A DNA stretch of 64,000 bases. Origin: Gammaproteobacteria bacterium. GTDB lineage: Bacteria; Pseudomonadota; Gammaproteobacteria; GCA-001735895. Position 1 is the first letter of the stretch, and each line of letters begins with the position of its first letter. The notes below the pieces were generated by a model, which saw only the letters and a list, made by a program, of their open reading frames with translations, did no database searches and was not told the DNA's origin. The stretch covers positions 1 through 64,000 of the forward strand of contig JBNKUM010000094.1 in assembly GCA_050298595.1 (NCBI GenBank). The letters are read 5' to 3'. The position numbers were made by a program, and so were the translations under genes. Positions 59,468 through 64,000 of this stretch are shown here, one piece after another.

Positions 59468-61075
59468 ATGCGAGAACCCTTAAAATCATCTATTCAGCAG
59501 CTTAACTTTGATAACCGATTTACCCGAGAGCTTCCTGGTGATCCAGAGCAGGAAAACTATCGACGCAGAGTAAAAAGTGCCTGCTATTCATTTGTTGAAC
59601 CAACCCCTGTAAAAAAACCATCTTTGCTAGCTTATTCGGAAGATATGTTATCTCAACTTAATCTAGACGCATCGTCGGTTGAGCATCAAGATTTTGTGCA
59701 AATCTTCGCGGGTAATCAATTACACAAACAAATGCAACCTTATGCGATGTGTTACGGAGGCCATCAGTTTGGTAACTGGGCAGGACAGCTGGGTGATGGT
59801 CGTGCCATCGTGCTGGGGGATGTTGTTAACCCGCATGGGCAAAGATGGAGTTTACAGTTAAAAGGGGCAGGGGCAACGCCTTATTCCCGTACCGCCGACG
59901 GCCTGGCAGTATTGCGTTCATCCTTGCGCGAGTTTTTATGTAGCGAAGCTATGTATCATCTGGGTGTACCCACGACACGAGCGTTAAGCCTGGTACTGAC
60001 TGGTGAGCAGGTGCTGCGAGATATGTTTTACGATGGTCATCCTGAATACGAGCCGGGGGCAATTGTTTGCAGAGCTGCGCCGAGTTTTATTCGCTTCGGA
60101 AACTTCCAGATACTTACTGCTCAAGGTGATATTGATACTTTAAAGAAACTGGCGGGTTATTGTATTCAAACTGATTTTCCTCATCTTGGTGGCCCTTCGG
60201 TGGAAACCTATATTAAGTGGTTTGAGGAAATCTGCACGCGCACTGCTGATATGATTGTGCACTGGCAGCGAGTGGGCTTTGTGCATGGCGTGATGAATAC
60301 CGATAATATGTCCATCCTGGGTCTGACCATCGATTATGGTCCTTATGGCTGGCTGGAAGATTACGATCCTGACTGGACGCCCAATACTACCGATGCTCAG
60401 GGTCGACGTTATCGCTTTGGTCAACAGGCCCAGATAGCTCACTGGAATCTTTTGCAACTCGCTGAAGCGATTTACCCATTAATTAATCAAACCGAACCAT
60501 TGGAAGCAGCACTGCAGCATTATGCTGACTATTATCGACAAAATAGTCTCAATATGTTTGCAGCTAAACTGGGCTTTAACAGCAGCAGTAAAGATATTCA
60601 ACAACTTCACAATGACCTGGAAAAATTACTACGCCAGGTAGAAACCGATATGACCCTGTTCTATCGGGCGCTTGCCAATCTTGATCCTGTATGTAAAACA
60701 CCCTTTAGTAACAATGATCTAGATGATTTATTCAAGCATAGCTGGTATCAGGAAAACCAGATTACTGATGGCTACCGTTTAAATTTAAACAGCTGGCTTG
60801 AGCAATATCGAGGCTTAGTCAGGCAGTCAGGGCTTCAGGATGATGAACGTAAACAGCTTATGAACAGCACAAACCCCAAATTTGTATTGCGCAATTATCT
60901 GGCTCAACAGGCAATAGATGGCCTTGAGCAGGGTGATGATTCGATACTCAGGGATTTAATGAAAGCCATGCAAGCTCCCTATGAGGAACAGCCTGAATAT
61001 GATCAATACTGTAAAAAGCGGCCTGAATGGGCCCGACAAAGGCCTGGATGCTCCATGCTATCCTGTAGTTCATAA
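59468..61075 (+). CDS. selO: Protein adenylyltransferase SelO/YdiU (Cys form)
   Basis: YGGHQFG.WAGQLGDGRA, LQLKGAG.TPYSR, HGVMNTDN, C-terminal GCSMLSCSS. Confidence 0.95.
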   Translation: MREPLKSSIQQLNFDNRFTRELPGDPEQENYRRRVKSACYSFVEPTPVKKPSLLAYSEDMLSQLNLDASSVEHQDFVQIFAGNQLHKQMQPYAMCYGGHQFGNWAGQLGDGRAIVLGDVVNPHGQRWSLQLKGAGATPYSRTADGLAVLRSSLREFLCSEAMYHLGVPTTRALSLVLTGEQVLRDMFYDGHPEYEPGAIVCRAAPSFIRFGNFQILTAQGDIDTLKKLAGYCIQTDFPHLGGPSVETYIKWFEEICTRTADMIVHWQRVGFVHGVMNTDNMSILGLTIDYGPYGWLEDYDPDWTPNTTDAQGRRYRFGQQAQIAHWNLLQLAEAIYPLINQTEPLEAALQHYADYYRQNSLNMFAAKLGFNSSSKDIQQLHNDLEKLLRQVETDMTLFYRALANLDPVCKTPFSNNDLDDLFKHSWYQENQITDGYRLNLNSWLEQYRGLVRQSGLQDDERKQLMNSTNPKFVLRNYLAQQAIDGLEQGDDSILRDLMKAMQAPYEEQPEYDQYCKKRPEWARQRPGCSMLSCSS

Positions 61076-61432
61076 GTGTTTACTGGATACTCATTTTAGT
61101 AATCCCATAAAGGTAGAGATTTCCTTTTCAATCGCTGAGTCGGGGTTGGCTGCTGCAATTTTGTATAGCCAGGCTAATGCAGCCTGATTTGCTGTATGGT
61201 CGGTGGTTTTAAGGAGCTCGATGGCCATCAGGTACTGGTCCTGCTGGAGTGGAGTTAAAGTTTCGATATGGGGGCGCATCACACGGGAGAATGAATATAA
61301 TGCTTCAGCATTGATATTTATCCACAGGTGAATTTCCTGCTTATCGGGCTCTTCAACAGTAAAATCAGTGATATCTAATTCAACGTCATGAGTTGTGAAT
61401 TCAGAACTAAATTCTGGTCAAGTGAATGGATA

Positions 61433-62104
61433 TTAAATCAGTCCGCGTTCAGAGAAGCAGACCACTTCATCGCCCACAACCAGATGATCCAAAACCCGAA
61501 TATCGACCAGTTGCAGTGCGTCAACCAGTCTTCGGGTGATCTGTAAATCTGATTCGCTGGGTTCAGCTATCCCGGATGGGTGATTATGCGTCAGTATCAC
61601 GGCTGCAGCATTATCGGACAGGGCCTGTTTTACCACCTCTCTGGGATAGACGCTGGCGCTACTGATACTTCCCCTGAATAGTTCCCGGAAAGTGATAACA
61701 CGGTGTTTGTTATCCAGCATCAGGCATCCAAATACTTCTTGCTGGTAATCGCGCATGATGGATTGCAGGTAGTTTTTCGTATCCTGTGGCGAAGTCAGAC
61801 TGGTTTCGCGCTTTAACTGCTCTCCAAGATGACGGCGTGCCATTTCCAGCACCGCTTGCAGCTGAGCGTACTTGGCGTTGCCCAAACCCTTGTGAGTGCA
61901 GAATTGATGTTGATTACAGGTTAATAGTGCACGTAAAGAGCCGGATTCTGATAGTAATTCACGCGCCAGATCGACAGCAGATTTTCCCGCAATACCCGTG
62001 CGTAGGAAGATTGCCAGTAGTTCGGCATCTGACAGGCTAGAAGGTCCTTTGAGGAGAAGTTTTTCGCGCGGCCTTTCTTCAGCTGGCCAGTCGGTAATTG
62101 GCAT
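61433..62104 (-). CDS. radC: RadC/YicR JAB-domain protein
   Basis: [41 protein letters not shown]. Confidence 0.95.
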   Translation of the reverse strand: MPITDWPAEERPREKLLLKGPSSLSDAELLAIFLRTGIAGKSAVDLARELLSESGSLRALLTCNQHQFCTHKGLGNAKYAQLQAVLEMARRHLGEQLKRETSLTSPQDTKNYLQSIMRDYQQEVFGCLMLDNKHRVITFRELFRGSISSASVYPREVVKQALSDNAAAVILTHNHPSGIAEPSESDLQITRRLVDALQLVDIRVLDHLVVGDEVVCFSERGLI

Positions 62105-62186
62105 AGTTCATTCCCTGACAGATTCGTTGCTCAGAAGACGTATTTTGTATGACGTCTTCACCATTGCTTGCTGTAAAATAGGCCAT

Positions 62187-63392
62187 ATGACTGAATTACT
62201 CAACAAAAAAATACTGCTGGGTGTTACCGGAGGGATTGCTGCCTACAAGGCTGCTGAACTCTGTCGCCTGTTGATAAAGCAAGGTGCGAGCGTGCGAGTG
62301 GTAATGACCCCGGCAGCACAGGAATTTATACGGCCTTTGACCTTTCAGGCTTTAACCGGTCATCAGGTGTATAGTGAATTATTCGAAGCGGGCGCCGATA
62401 ATGCGATGGATCATATCGAATTAGCGCGCTGGGCTGATTTATTGATAGTTGCACCAGCAACGGCTGATTTTATCGCCAGGCTGGCAGATGGTTATGCAGA
62501 TAATCTATTGCTTACCATTGCTCTGGCGACGGAGAGTAAGGTGGTGGTTGCTCCAGCGATGAATCAACAGATGTATCAGAATGCTGCTACTACTGAAAAT
62601 ATTCAAAAACTTGAGCGTCATAGAATTCTGCTGTGGGGCCCGGACGAAGGTGAGCAAGCCTGTGGTGAGGTAGGCCCCGGGCGTATGCTGGAACCAGCAG
62701 TATTGCTCAATAAATTGCAGAACTATTTTAAGCCAGGGCGTTTGCAGGGCAGACGTATCATGATAACTGCCGGGCCAACCCGTGAGGCAATAGACCCGGT
62801 ACGTTATATTTCCAACCGCAGCTCCGGCAAGATGGGTTATGCGCTGGCACAGGCTGCTATCGATCAGGGGGCGGATGTGACGCTTATTTCAGGGCCTGTA
62901 TGTATCACAGCACCAGCGCAGGCGAGAATGCTAGATTGTATCAGTGCCCAGCAAATGCTTGATCAGGTGATGGGGGCGATAGAACAGCAGGATATTTTTA
63001 TCGCGACGGCTGCAGTGGCTGACTACCGTATCGACCAGGTTGCAGAGCAAAAGATTAAAAAATCGGACGACACTCTAACTCTGAATCTGGTAAAAAACCC
63101 TGATATTTTATCTTTAGTCTCGGGGCTGGAAAAACGCCCTTTCAGTGTAGGTTTTGCTGCTGAGACACAGGATTTACAGCAGTATGCTGAGCAAAAAATG
63201 AAAAACAAGAATCTCAATATGATTGCAGCAAATCGGGTGGATGCAGCGGATAGTGGGTTTGAGGTAGATGAGAATGCGCTATCAGTATTCTGGCCGGGTG
63301 GTTCAAAGCAGTTACCCCGGCAGCCAAAAACGGATATCGCCGCTGCGCTTATTGATATAATCGCCGATTTATTTGAACAGACAACAGCCTAA
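62187..63392 (+). CDS. coaBC: Phosphopantothenoylcysteine decarboxylase/ligase
   Basis: [45 protein letters not shown]. Start adjusted to ATG 62187. Confidence 0.97.
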   Translation: MTELLNKKILLGVTGGIAAYKAAELCRLLIKQGASVRVVMTPAAQEFIRPLTFQALTGHQVYSELFEAGADNAMDHIELARWADLLIVAPATADFIARLADGYADNLLLTIALATESKVVVAPAMNQQMYQNAATTENIQKLERHRILLWGPDEGEQACGEVGPGRMLEPAVLLNKLQNYFKPGRLQGRRIMITAGPTREAIDPVRYISNRSSGKMGYALAQAAIDQGADVTLISGPVCITAPAQARMLDCISAQQMLDQVMGAIEQQDIFIATAAVADYRIDQVAEQKIKKSDDTLTLNLVKNPDILSLVSGLEKRPFSVGFAAETQDLQQYAEQKMKNKNLNMIAANRVDAADSGFEVDENALSVFWPGGSKQLPRQPKTDIAAALIDIIADLFEQTTA

Positions 63393-63394
63393 GT

Positions 63395-64000
<606 letters not shown>

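Noticed and set aside
59468-61075. SelO as a selenoprotein or TGA readthrough case
   Set aside because: The C-terminus is CSMLSCSS followed by TAA; no in-frame TGA.
61091-61420. Small minus-strand ORF between selO and radC (frame stays open ~45 codons upstream of the listed start, without a start codon)
   Set aside because: No recognisable motif; could be a gene remnant but I cannot support a call.
61433-62104. radC as a mobile-element marker
   Set aside because: Full-length form divergent from coaBC-dut, its standard chromosomal position.

Overview
Gammaproteobacterial chromosome segment, probably from a sulfur oxidiser (soxYZ present), in two halves. From about 31.6 kb to the end it is conserved core genome: tRNA-Met, ychF-pth-rplY-prs-tRNA-Gln-ispE-lolB-TPR, hemA-prfA-prmC, hslUV-xerC-dapF-lysA, soxYZ, argH, algZR-hemCDXY, selO, radC, coaBC-dut-argB. 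Positions 1-31.6 kb are an AT-rich island abutting the tRNA-Met 3' end and bounded by decayed IS elements (IS4, IS66 x3, IS5, IS3, IS6). Its core is an intact 28-gene, ~21.4 kb operon (4661-26034) for a flagellar export apparatus, rod, rings, hook and sigma-28. It lacks flagellin, cap, hook-filament junction, stator, FliL, FlgM/N and chemotaxis genes, has a vestigial FliG and a FliM without the CheY-binding motif, and is flanked by three TPR genes plus one unknown gene. My main candidate for an undescribed system is therefore a non-motile, flagellum-derived hook-basal-body secretion machine. Other highlights: a RAYT (HUH Y1) gene preceded by a direct-repeat array holding truncated copies of its own and a second RAYT's promoter/5' end, a 279-codon frame interrupted only by three in-frame TGA codons, and a G10 tract in flgI. 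All family calls come from motif recognition by eye; no searches were run.
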